From Bacteroidota bacterium (GTDB lineage Bacteria > Bacteroidota > Bacteroidia > Bacteroidales > F082), in assembly GCA_024280235.1 (NCBI GenBank), contig JAJRQN010000238.1:1-58810 (forward strand): DNA of 58,810 nt, in the 5' to 3' direction. Positions 20,812-30,898 of the stretch are shown here, one piece after another; the stretch's first letter is position 1, and every line of letters starts with the position of its first letter. The position numbers and the translations under genes were made by a program. Below the pieces are notes generated by a model. The model was not told the DNA's origin. It did not search any database and saw only the letters and a program-made list of their open reading frames with translations.

Positions 20812-21773
20812 CGAACCCTGAGTTTTGTTCCGGTGGCCGCCTGATAATGCCTTGGCAGGTTGTTTTTGTTTAATAAGCTCTTCAACTTGATGCCATAGAG
20901 TTGAGAAATTCCCCACAACGTCTCCCCTTGTTTTACAATGTGATACTTATAACCTCGTTCCGCTTTGGAGGCTTTCTTCTCAAGATACAGCAGTTCGCCC
21001 GGATGCAGGATATGTTTCTTTTCCAAGTCGTTAAACTTACGTAATTTACGGATACTTATTTCAAATTCGGCAGCCACCTTTTTGAAAGTATCTCCCGATT
21101 TGACGACAATTAGCCGGCGTCCGTTATTTTCCAGCACCGAACGTCCATACATGCTGGTTCTTACTTTGGCAAATGAAGAAACCGCCGGTGTCGAATAAGC
21201 CATAGCTTTCCTTTCTCTCCTGCTTTTTTTGGAATGCTTTTTCCCTTCTTTGTCATATTTGTACAAATGGTATTTTTCAATATAATTTATAAGCAGTTGC
21301 GGATATTTCGGATTGGTGGCGTAGCCTGCACGTTTCAAACCGTACGCCCAGTCTTTATAGTCAGTTATGGGATAGCGAAAAAGGAAAGCATAACGTTGAC
21401 CTTTTGTCAGAAATTTTGAATGATCGCGATAGGAAGCTTCGGGACTTTTGTATTTTCGAAAACAGTCGTGACGCACATCATCGGCAACGAATATCCTCTT
21501 TCCGCGCCAGTCGTTGTGGCATTTTATGCCAAAATGATTATTGGCCTTTCGTGCCAGTTTGCTATTGCCGCTACCCGATTCCAAAATTCCTTGTGCCAAC
21601 GTTATGGAAGCAGGAATTTTGTAAGTCTTCATATCCCGGATAGCAATATCCTTATACCTGTTGATATACTCTTTGGTGGTCATCCTTCGCGCCTGTCCGG
21701 AAACAACAGGAATGAAACCTGCCAAAGTCAGGGTCAGAAGAAGAATACGAAAATAGCTTTCCCTTTTTCTCAT
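20808..21773 (-). CDS. GH73 glucosaminidase with two LysM domains
   Basis: IPASITLAQGILESG, NNHFGIKC and GYATNPKY motifs; two LysM repeats; start 21773 preferred over 21824 because a signal peptide follows and TAATTTTG is upstream. Confidence 0.9.
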   Translation of the reverse strand: MRKRESYFRILLLTLTLAGFIPVVSGQARRMTTKEYINRYKDIAIRDMKTYKIPASITLAQGILESGSGNSKLARKANNHFGIKCHNDWRGKRIFVADDVRHDCFRKYKSPEASYRDHSKFLTKGQRYAFLFRYPITDYKDWAYGLKRAGYATNPKYPQLLINYIEKYHLYKYDKEGKKHSKKSRRERKAMAYSTPAVSSFAKVRTSMYGRSVLENNGRRLIVVKSGDTFKKVAAEFEISIRKLRKFNDLEKKHILHPGELLYLEKKASKAERGYKYHIVKQGETLWGISQLYGIKLKSLLNKNNLPRHYQAATGTKLRVR

Positions 21774-21854
21774 CAGCACAAAATTAAACGAAAGCGAATT
21801 GTCTTCGGGTATATTTTGAGACATTTGTTCACAAAAAAATGTTAATCAACCCTG

Positions 21855-22418
21855 TTAAGGGGATTGTCGTAAGCTCCTGACTGTTTTCGGGTCTGGAAAT
21901 ATCCAAAATAATGGTTGCCAGCGTATATTTCCTTCTGCGTCAAAGCGGCGGGCTACCGGTGCGATACCTTTTATCACTTTTGTAAACTGCATGGTTTCGG
22001 AGTTGATACGCCACTCTTCGAGAAAACGTAATCGCTGAATATCTTTTGGTTGAATATGTGTAATTACGATGCTGTCCTTTAACGCATAAGGCGGTTCAGA
22101 CTCTCTAATTTGCAGGATAATTGTATCCGTAAGAATATAGGAGACTGCTGCCTTGTCAAGGGGGTTATAAAAATAGTCGTAAGCTTTGAATTTACCTGAA
22201 ACTGCCCCGCGCAAAATGGTTTTTACCAGTTTTTCTCTCTGTGGCCCCACCAGATTTTGTATCCACCAATCGTAGTCAGGGTTCGGGCTTTTTATGTTAA
22301 CGTCGTATTGAATTTTCCTCGTAATAATCTTCTCCTTATCAGAATGGCAGGAAGATAACAACAATAGTAACGGAAGAATACCGGTAAAGAAATAAAGCGG
22401 GAGGAGATGTTTTTTCAT
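21855..22418 (-). CDS. Short GldN/PorN-like lipoprotein
   Basis: Lipobox LSSC; C-terminal EEW...IKGIAPV...PLFWI resembles the GldN C-terminus. Confidence 0.55.
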   Translation of the reverse strand: MKKHLLPLYFFTGILPLLLLLSSCHSDKEKIITRKIQYDVNIKSPNPDYDWWIQNLVGPQREKLVKTILRGAVSGKFKAYDYFYNPLDKAAVSYILTDTIILQIRESEPPYALKDSIVITHIQPKDIQRLRFLEEWRINSETMQFTKVIKGIAPVARRFDAEGNIRWQPLFWIFPDPKTVRSLRQSP

Positions 22419-22420
22419 GC

Positions 22421-22478
22421 GTTTATGGTTTTGTAATTAATTGTCATCTAACATTATATATTTATCATTGGATTTAAC
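22421..22478. repeat. Repeat family A, partial copy
   Basis: ttttgtaattaattgtcat...atatttatcattggatttaac aligns with positions 6-61. Confidence 0.75.
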
Positions 22479-22571
22479 AGCCTGCCCTAATAGTAGCCAG
22501 ATATGTTTAAAATTTAAAAATGAGTATTTCATATGTGAAATTTAAATTATCTTTGAAAAAAGAACGAAATT

Positions 22572-24362
22572 ATGATAAAAATCGTATCCACAACATTGCT
22601 GGTACTGCTATTGTTTTCACTCAATGCGCAAACAATTCCTGCTGACCGCAGAGTTGACTGGAGACAGATTGCTAAAGATTACACTTATAAAACACCAGAA
22701 AAAACGATCAGTATCCTGAACTTCGGCGGGATGGCAAATGGAGAAACAGATAATTCTGATGCTTTGAAACAAGCCATAGCCTCATTTCATAATCGTGCAG
22801 GAACTATTTTTTTTCCTGCCGGCACTTATCTTTTTAATAATACGGTAGTTTTACCGGACAGTATTCAGCTTAAAGGCGACGGTTCGGATGTTACTGTTTT
22901 AGAATTTGATTTGAACCAACAGCCAAAAAATTGTATCCAAATTACCGGTACTGCCGAAAACCATTTTGTTCGCCTAAAAGGCAATTATTCATTTGGTAGT
23001 GAGAAACTCCTGTCTGATTCCGCCTCCTATTTTCATGTTGGCAACTGGGTGGAAATTCTTGAAAAAAACGGAAACTGGAATACAATTCCAGCCGACTGGG
23101 CAAAAAATTCGGTCTGACAGATAGCCCGTGTTAAAGCCATCGCTGGCGATACAATTATCTTAAGAGACCCGTTGCGCATCAATTACTCTGATAGTTTAAA
23201 CCCACGATTACAACGCATAGAGCCGGTAAAAAATGTTGCCGTTTCCTGCTTGAAAATTATCCGTGTGGATAAACCCACAGCCGGAGGTGGCTACAATATT
23301 TCTATTGATTATGCGGTGAACAGCCGTTTGGCAGGGTTGGAGAGCGACACCAGTTCCGGAAGTCATGTATATATCAGCCACAGCGCACAAATCAAGGTAG
23401 AAGGCAATTACTTTCATAATGCTTTTGCCTACGATGGCGTAAGCACACACGGTTACGGCGTTACGCTGGCACATCACAGCGGCGGATGTATAATTGTGAA
23501 TAACATTTTTGAGCATTTGCGTCATGCCATGATGGTGAAAACAGGCGCCAACGGAAATGTGTTTGCTTACAACTATTCGCGCGATCCTTTCAGAACAGAA
23601 ACTATTTCTGACCTGTCGGGTGATATTTCCCTACACGGACATTACCCTTTTGCCAACCTTTTTGAAGGAAATATTGTTCAAAACATCATTATAGATCATT
23701 ATTGGGGACCTTCCGGACCGCGAAATACATTTTTCCGAAACAGAGCCGAATTATGGGGAATTATTATGACATATGGGGACACTACCGGACAGAATTTTGT
23801 AGGAAATGAATGTACAAACACCAGCTTCTTACACGGCCAGTTTGCACTGAAAGGGACCAATAATTTTGAGTATGCAAACAATATTCTAGGGGTTATTGTT
23901 CCGGCATCCTCGGGAGAATTGGCCGATTCTTCTTATTATCTGTCGGAGAAGCCCGATTTTTGGGAAACAGAGGAGAAATGGCCGGATATCGGTTTACCAA
24001 ACAAGTTAGACACAGGTATTATTCCTGCTAAGCAGCGATATGAAAATGGCGGATTGCTTACCGTATGTCCTGAAGAGGTAACAGCGGTGAGAACTTATCC
24101 TGTCGGTGATGCCACATGGCAAATCAGGCCAAATCCGGTTCGTGGCGAGTTGCATATTTTCGCTCCTGCCGGAGAGAAGCCAGGTGCTTTCAGCGTCCGT
24201 ATTTTCGACATGCAGGGGAAATTGCTTTCCGCAAAAGAATATCAGAAGAGAAACGTTGTGATTACACTGGATAAAAATTGGAAATCAGGTATTTATCTGC
24301 TGGAAATCAGTTCGGGAAAGAGCCGGTTTCTGAAGAAAATAGTTTTGGAAAGAGTGTTGTAA
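22572..24362 (+). pseudogene. T9SS type A cargo with pectin-lyase-like beta-helix, interrupted by one in-frame TGA (23115-23117)
   Basis: ORFs 22572-23117 and 23172-24362 share a frame and the gap is open (NSV*QIARVKAIAGDTIILRDPL); signal peptide; CTD with PNP..IFDMQGK..GIYLL..KKIV. Confidence 0.8.
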
Positions 24363-24368
24363 TTAAAA

Positions 24369-27341
24369 CTACGGTTTCATCACAACCCCAAGATTCTTTT
24401 TTCCATCAATTTTAATGGTTAGCGGGTTTTTAAACCGGATATGCCGTAAAGTTTCATTCTCAAAAACTGCGGGCTGGTTATCCATAAATTCCAAATTGAA
24501 AACTCCATCATTCAGATAAGGATTGATGGTAAAATAGCCCACCCTAAATGAGGTCAGGTTTTGGAAGAAATGAGTTCCCTGACTGGGATCAATGCGGTAA
24601 TTTTCAAGTCCTGATTCCACAATAAGCCGGGCTGCCGAAATTTGCGGCCACTTAACGGGAATGCCAAGCCACGGATCGGAAGACCCCCAACGTCCGGGGC
24701 CGACAAGAATGTAATTTTTATTTTTCTTCAGAAATTTTTTGTTTAACTCGCCTATCATTTCGGCTGTTTTCCGGTTGTTGGCCGCATCAAAATTTTGCGG
24801 TTTCACATAAACCAAATCGTGCACCTTGTCAATAACGCCATTGCCGAGAGCAGAGTGGGAAAGAATTAAAAGTTTGTTTTGGTTGATTTTATGCAGGTTC
24901 AAATGAACACTTTGCTCTTTGCTGGCAATGGGCCTGATTTGCAGAAGATAAAATTTTATTTTCTCTCCCTTTTTTGTATTCAAATCCACAACAAATTCAA
25001 TCTCCACCGGTTTGTTCATCTCTTTTGCACCAAGATAGAGTGTTTTTTGTAAAATATCGGCAAGTGGAAAGATGTTGTGTTTCAAAACAGGACTGAAGGT
25101 AATCAGCTTCTTCCCTTCGTAATTGTATCCATCGCGGATAACGTTATTTTGCAAGTCATAAGTGCTGGCAATTTTCTTTATTGAGCCATCTTTTTCGGCA
25201 TCTTTTATCCGAAGTTTTATCAGGTTGGTGCTGTCGTCCACACTCGGTACAAATTTTTCAGGAGAAAGCTCCAGAGCATAAAAATACTTTTGGGTCTCCC
25301 GCAAAGTGGCATCGGGCGTGGCCGTTTGCATTACCTTTTTGGGATATTGTGGCGAGAACCGGAGCGAAAGACCGCCGTCCACAATAAACTTTCCCAAACC
25401 GAGCGCAATGTTGGCCGTACCGTCTTTGGGCTTTTCAGGCGGAATGGGATAGTAGTCAAGCGAACGGGCAACGCCTGAAAGTGTGGGATAAAAATAATCT
25501 CCATACCGTTTTCCGCACACCTCCTGTAAGACCACAGCCATTTTTTCCTCGTCAAGAACATTTGATGTAGCCTGCATGTACGCTTTGCTGTCAGCAAAAA
25601 AAGCAGAAGCATAAACACTCTTAATGGCCTGATTTAGCATTTCAAACTTTTTGTCCAGATTCTTTTCTGTCGAAGGAATCATGTAAGTATTATAAATCCC
25701 CGCAAAAGGCTGATAATGACTATCCTCAAGAAGGCTCGAAGAACGAACAGCCAGCGGTTGATTGACAAGTGAAGCAATAGTAAACAAATCTTCCTGTACC
25801 GATTCGGGAAGCCTTGCATCGAGAAAAAACTGTAATATTTGTTCATCAGAATGAACAGCGGAGAGAGCTATGGGATAAAGTTCATTGATATCCATAAACT
25901 CATCGAAGATGTCGGTTCCCAGCACAACAGTTTTGGGAATAGAGATATCAACATTTTCGTGGAGATGATGCAGCTCGTTACGGTTGATAAGCGAATCAAG
26001 AAACGCCAGTCCGCGGGCTTTCCCACCAATTGATCCCTGACCTATACGCGAAATGGAGAAGTATTCATCAAAAGTAGAGCGGTCAAATTGTGAAATAACC
26101 CCCCTTGATTTGGTGATTCGGAAACTGCTGATAGAATTAAAAATAAAATACCGTACATCGTTAATATTCTTAAAATCTTCAGTGGTAAACGACTTGAAAA
26201 GCTTTGCAAGTGAAAATAAAGCCCTGGCTCGCAACCATTTGGAAAAATGGTCTCTTTCGATGTGATAACGTAATGATTCCTTGGGAATTTGAAAAATCTT
26301 TTCCTGAAGGTCTTTCAAATTACGGGCACGTCCCACCTCCTTGTCCGTAGCAGGATCTTTAAAAATAAAATCTCCGAAACCGAAATAGTATTTAATAAAA
26401 CTTCGCAGGTCATAGGGCAGACTGGAGGAGTTTTTGTCAATAAAACCTACCCCCAAAGCTTTGGCTTTAGCCTCATTTTTCCTGTCAGACGATTGAAGCA
26501 ACAGCGGCATATATCGATTTTCTTTTTTAATACGCCTGAAAAGCCGCAATCCTGCTTCCTGGTCTTTTATCCCCCTGCGGGGATAGCTGATATCGGAGAT
26601 AACACCAAGCAGGTTGTTTTTGTATTTCCTGTAAAGGTGTATTCCTTCTTCATAATCAGTGGCCAGCAAAATCTTCGGGCGTCCACGTGCTTTCAACATT
26701 TTCTGATGCTCGTTGAGACCCTCAGTTACAAAAGCTTTCGACTGCTTGAAGATAATCTTATAAATATTGGGTAAGTAACTGGAATAAAAACGAATATTAT
26801 CCTCAACAAGAATTATCGTTTGTACCCCCACAGCTTTTACATCGTGCTCCACATTCATCCTGTCCTCAATCAGTTTAATGATAGCCATCAAAAGGTCTGT
26901 ATTTCCCAGCCAGCTAAAAACATAATCGATATTACTCAGCTCCGGTTTCTCAATTCTAAGCCTCACCTCCCTCGAAAAAGGGGAAAGTGCAACCACCGGT
27001 ACAAGAGGAAACTCTGCTTTTACCGATGCCGCCAGTCTGAAAGTTCCCTTATCGTCAAAGCTAAGCATGGAGATAACCAGATCGACAGTCTCTTCCTGCA
27101 ATATCCTCATGGCTTCCCGCAACGAAGTAGCCTGAATAAACCGGGGAGGATATCGCAGGTTCAATGACATGTATTCATTGAAAATCTGTTCTTCAATACG
27201 CCCGTCTTCCTCCAAAATAAATGCATCATAAACACTGGAAACCAGTAGTATGTTGTAAATACGTTTTCTCATTAGCAAACTGAAAGAAGCCTCATTGAAG
27301 AAATATCCGGAAGAATACAGATCTGTTTGTTTTGGAATCAT
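24369..27341 (-). CDS. Receiver-like domains fused to a PEP-synthase/PPDK N-terminal ATP-grasp domain
   Basis: IGGKARGL, AVRSSSLLED, FAGIY, EEKMAVVLQE, VEIEF and LQIRP motifs; ILLV/ILVEDN REC-like strands; start moved to ATG 27341, downstream of TATCTTTG at 27361-27368. Confidence 0.85.
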   Translation of the reverse strand: MIPKQTDLYSSGYFFNEASFSLLMRKRIYNILLVSSVYDAFILEEDGRIEEQIFNEYMSLNLRYPPRFIQATSLREAMRILQEETVDLVISMLSFDDKGTFRLAASVKAEFPLVPVVALSPFSREVRLRIEKPELSNIDYVFSWLGNTDLLMAIIKLIEDRMNVEHDVKAVGVQTIILVEDNIRFYSSYLPNIYKIIFKQSKAFVTEGLNEHQKMLKARGRPKILLATDYEEGIHLYRKYKNNLLGVISDISYPRRGIKDQEAGLRLFRRIKKENRYMPLLLQSSDRKNEAKAKALGVGFIDKNSSSLPYDLRSFIKYYFGFGDFIFKDPATDKEVGRARNLKDLQEKIFQIPKESLRYHIERDHFSKWLRARALFSLAKLFKSFTTEDFKNINDVRYFIFNSISSFRITKSRGVISQFDRSTFDEYFSISRIGQGSIGGKARGLAFLDSLINRNELHHLHENVDISIPKTVVLGTDIFDEFMDINELYPIALSAVHSDEQILQFFLDARLPESVQEDLFTIASLVNQPLAVRSSSLLEDSHYQPFAGIYNTYMIPSTEKNLDKKFEMLNQAIKSVYASAFFADSKAYMQATSNVLDEEKMAVVLQEVCGKRYGDYFYPTLSGVARSLDYYPIPPEKPKDGTANIALGLGKFIVDGGLSLRFSPQYPKKVMQTATPDATLRETQKYFYALELSPEKFVPSVDDSTNLIKLRIKDAEKDGSIKKIASTYDLQNNVIRDGYNYEGKKLITFSPVLKHNIFPLADILQKTLYLGAKEMNKPVEIEFVVDLNTKKGEKIKFYLLQIRPIASKEQSVHLNLHKINQNKLLILSHSALGNGVIDKVHDLVYVKPQNFDAANNRKTAEMIGELNKKFLKKNKNYILVGPGRWGSSDPWLGIPVKWPQISAARLIVESGLENYRIDPSQGTHFFQNLTSFRVGYFTINPYLNDGVFNLEFMDNQPAVFENETLRHIRFKNPLTIKIDGKKNLGVVMKP

Positions 27342-27414
27342 TGTCGCAACTGTTTTGCAGCAAAGATACGGGAGATTTGGAAATGTTGAATGAAAGAGTG
27401 TTGAATGAAGGAAT

Positions 27415-27447
27415 GACCTTTGCCTGACCATTGTCTGACTATCGTAA
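27415..27447 (+). repeat. 11-bp tandem array, left flank of the RM island (3 units)
   Basis: GACCTTTGCCT GACCATTGTCT GACTATCGTAA. Confidence 0.75.
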
Positions 27448-27473
27448 ATAATGGAGTATCATTTGATGCTTTA

Positions 27474-27633
27474 GGGATTGTGACGAAATAAACTGACAGT
27501 TTCGGCTTGTTCTTTTGTGCTTTTTCTTCGTTGCAAAAGTTTTAAATAAACAGTGGCTATTCGCAACGTTTGCGCCTTGAAAACCCGCAAAATTACTTCG
27601 TCGATTCCCGTCACTTTATTCCGTCACAAACCC
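27474..27633. mobile_element. 160-bp MITE with ~24 bp imperfect terminal inverted repeats and TTA target duplication
   Basis: TTA|GGGATTGTGACGAAATAAACTGAC ... GTCACTTTATTCCGTCACAAACCC|TTA; no ORF. Confidence 0.8.
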
Positions 27634-27742
27634 TTAGTTGGATTAGCTTAAGGATTCAGGGCTAAACACTTTTGACTAAATAAAATCGTGGTTTACCAAA
27701 TTAAAGCTATTTTTGAATAATTATTTTTTAAAGGAATTAAAA

Positions 27743-29827
27743 ATGAATAAATTTCATGATATACTTGAAGATCAGCTTGCTGTTGAGGGCAGATTTATTA
27801 CAGACGACGGAGAATTAAAAAAGTTTGTGATTATTGATGCCGCTTTTAATATGGATAAAGTTCTCATTAAACTGCTACTTACAAAACCGGAATTAAAACA
27901 AAAATTCTTTACTGAAATTGCCGGACATTGGGTTTTTGATATAAACTTGTTTGTACGGTATATGGAAAACAAAAACTTCCTGAAAGACAGCTATACCCGA
28001 TACCGCAATAAAATAGGGCTGACTATTGACGGCAAATTTATGAAACAACTCAATGACGTTTCACTTGTATGGCCATTTAAAGATTGCATTTTGGAAGGCG
28101 GGCAAACTCGTGAAGACCAAAAGCGACCCGAAATATTTTTTAACGAAATATTGGCACAAGAAGAAATAGACCAGCTTACCGAACCGAAAGTTTTAACCAA
28201 ATGGAGACGATACACCGTTGACGGAGAACAAAAAGTTGCCGAACTAAAACGCGACAAAAACGGAACAATAAAAGAGAATCTGATAATAAAAGGCAATAAT
28301 CTTTTGGCTTTGTATTCACTTTTACCGTAGTTTGAGGAAAAGGTAAAACTTATATACATTGACCCGCCATACAATACCGGAAACGACAGTTTCCAATACA
28401 ACGACAGCTTTAACCACAGCACCTGGCTTACTTTTATGAAAAACCGTCTTGAAGTGGCAAGGAGATTATTACGGAAAGATGGGGTAATCTTTGTGCAATG
28501 TGATGATAATGAACAAGCTTATTTAAAGTTGTTACTAGATGATATTTTTAAACGTGAAAATTTTATCGAAACCATAACTGTCGTAAATAATCCAAGAGGA
28601 AGGGACTATGGTGGTGTTGCCAATATGCACGAATTTATTCATATATATTCTCGTAATATTTTCATGTCGGAAATGTATAGCATAAAAGAAGAAGATAAAA
28701 AATTTCCTTTTACAGATAAAATTAGTGGCTTTGAAATCAGGGAGTTAAGAAATAGAAATACAGTATTTAACGATAGGAATCGTCCAAATCTATTTTATCC
28801 TTTTTACCTAAATTCAAAAGTGAGTGATGAAAATGGATTTCATCCAATTTCAGTTGAAGAAAAAGAAGATTGGATTAAAGTATTCCCTGCTATTTCAAAT
28901 GGAGTACAAACTGTATGGAGATGGGGAAAAGAAAAAGCACAGGCAAAAGAAAATCTCAATATTAACATTGTTGGAAAATCAATGAAGGAAAATGGGAGGT
29001 ATATGATAGTTGAAAAGTATCGAAAGAATTCAAGACTTGCTCGTTCTGTCTGGTGGGATAAAGAAGTTAATTCTGAAAAAGGAACAGTTCACTTAAAAGA
29101 ATTATTTGGTAAAAAAATTTTTACTTTTCCAAAACCAGAAGGGTTATTGCAAAGAATAATTGAAATTTCATCCAAAGATAATGATATAGTTCTTGACTAT
29201 CATCTCGGAAGTGGCACAACGGCTGCAGTTGCCCATAAAATGAACAGACAATACATTGGTATTGAACAAATGGATTATATTGAGACTGTTGCCGTTAAAA
29301 GACTTAAAAAGGTTATTGGAGAATACAAAGAAGTTTCTAATTTAGAAAAGGGAAAAGAAGAGCCTAAACAACAGGTATTAGAATTTGTTGCAGAAAAAGA
29401 TGATAAATACAAAGTTTTAGATTTTGACGAAGGTGGCATTTCCAAAGCCGTAAAATGGCAGGGCGGCGGCGATTTTGTTTACTGCGAACTCAAAAAATAC
29501 AACCAAACATTTATTGAGCAGATAGAAGAGGCCAGCAGCACTGCCCGCCTTTTGGAAATTTGGGAAGAGATGAAAAACCACAGTTTTTTAAACTACAATG
29601 TCGATATCAAAAAACACGACGAACATATCGAAGATTTTAAAAAGCTGGATATAAAAATCAAAAAAGAGCACCTGCTTGAACTATTAAACAAAAATCAGCT
29701 TTATGTAAACCTGTCGTCAATAGATGATCAGGACTACAAAGTAAGCACAGAGGACAAAAAACTCACAAACGAATTTTATGAAATAGAAAAAGAACAAGAA
29801 ATTGTTCAGACAAAAGCGGATTTGTAA
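27743..29827 (+). pseudogene. mod: Type III RM methyltransferase (Mod) interrupted by an in-frame TAG (28328-28330)
   Basis: NLIIKGNNL...LLP*FEEKVKLIYIDPPYNTG is continuous in frame; FPKPE, DYHLGSGTT and GIEQMDY motifs. Confidence 0.88.
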
Positions 29828-29829
29828 TA

Positions 29830-30897
29830 ATGGAAAAATTATCAAAAAATAATGAATTGCTTTTACAATCAATTGTTACACTTATTGACAGTTCCCGGAA
29901 ACGGGTTGCATCCACAATTAATCAAGAATTAACGCTTTTGTATTGGAACATTGGTAAAGAAATAAAAAGCAATATCGTACAAAATAAACGAGCTGATTAT
30001 GGCAAACAACTCATTTCCGATTTGGCTCGGAAACTTATAGAGCAGTACGGAAGGGGTTTTAGTAAGCGTAACTTACATAACTTTATATTATTTTATGAGT
30101 TATATCCTGACAAACAAATTGTGCAGGCATTGTCTGCACAATTAAGCTGGTCGCATATCTATACCATTATTCCAATAAAAGACGAACTAAAACGCAGGTT
30201 TTACATCCAAATGTGCAGGCACGAACGGTGGAGTGTAAGAACTTTGCAGGAGCGCATAAACAGTATGCTTTTTGAAAGAACAGCCATAAGTAAAAAACCG
30301 GAGCAAACTATTATTTACGATTTAAAACAACTGGAACAGGAAAGTAAAATCACACCTGATTTAACTTTCAGAGACCCGTACTTTCTTGATTTTCTCGGCT
30401 TACACGACACATACAGCGAAAAAGACCTTGAAAGCGCCATTCTTTTACATTTGCAAAATTTTATAACCGAACTTGGAACCGACTTTGCATTTCTTGCCCG
30501 TCAAAAACGAATAATTATAGACCATGAAGATTATTACATTGACCTTTTGTTTTATCACAGAGGATTAAAAAGTTTGGTTGCCATTGATTTAAAACTCAAT
30601 AAATTCAGAGCTGCTTACAAAGGACAGATGGAACTTTATTTGCGCTGGCTGGAAAAAAACGAAATGCGGGAAAACGAAAACAAACCGATAGGATTAATTC
30701 TTTGTAGTGAAAAATCATCCGAACAAATTAATTATCTTTTACTTGATAATAATGAGCAAATAAAAGTTGCCGAGTACATAACAAAACTACCGGAAAAGAA
30801 ACTTTTGGAGCAAAAATTGCAAGAAGCAATATTGTTAGCCAAAAACAGTCTTAAATCAGTTGCCGGGCATTCCTCGAATACTAATAAAAATAAGTAA
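29830..30897 (+). CDS. YhcG/DUF1016 PD-(D/E)XK nuclease-family protein
   Basis: LYWNIG, GRGFS, LSWSH, RDPY.LDFL, IDLLFYHR, AIDLK and GQM..YL motifs. Confidence 0.92.
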   Translation: MEKLSKNNELLLQSIVTLIDSSRKRVASTINQELTLLYWNIGKEIKSNIVQNKRADYGKQLISDLARKLIEQYGRGFSKRNLHNFILFYELYPDKQIVQALSAQLSWSHIYTIIPIKDELKRRFYIQMCRHERWSVRTLQERINSMLFERTAISKKPEQTIIYDLKQLEQESKITPDLTFRDPYFLDFLGLHDTYSEKDLESAILLHLQNFITELGTDFAFLARQKRIIIDHEDYYIDLLFYHRGLKSLVAIDLKLNKFRAAYKGQMELYLRWLEKNEMRENENKPIGLILCSEKSSEQINYLLLDNNEQIKVAEYITKLPEKKLLEQKLQEAILLAKNSLKSVAGHSSNTNKNK

Positions 30898-30898
30898 G

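Noticed and set aside
27342-27431. N-terminal extension of the 1020-aa ORF
   Set aside because: It runs through tandem repeats and a TAnnTTTG promoter; ATG 27341 is the better start.
22572-29827. Genome-wide stop-codon reassignment explaining the internal TGA and TAG
   Set aside because: Conserved genes end normally at TAG (nifJ, nqrD) and TGA (panB, nqrF), and the two internal stops are different codons.
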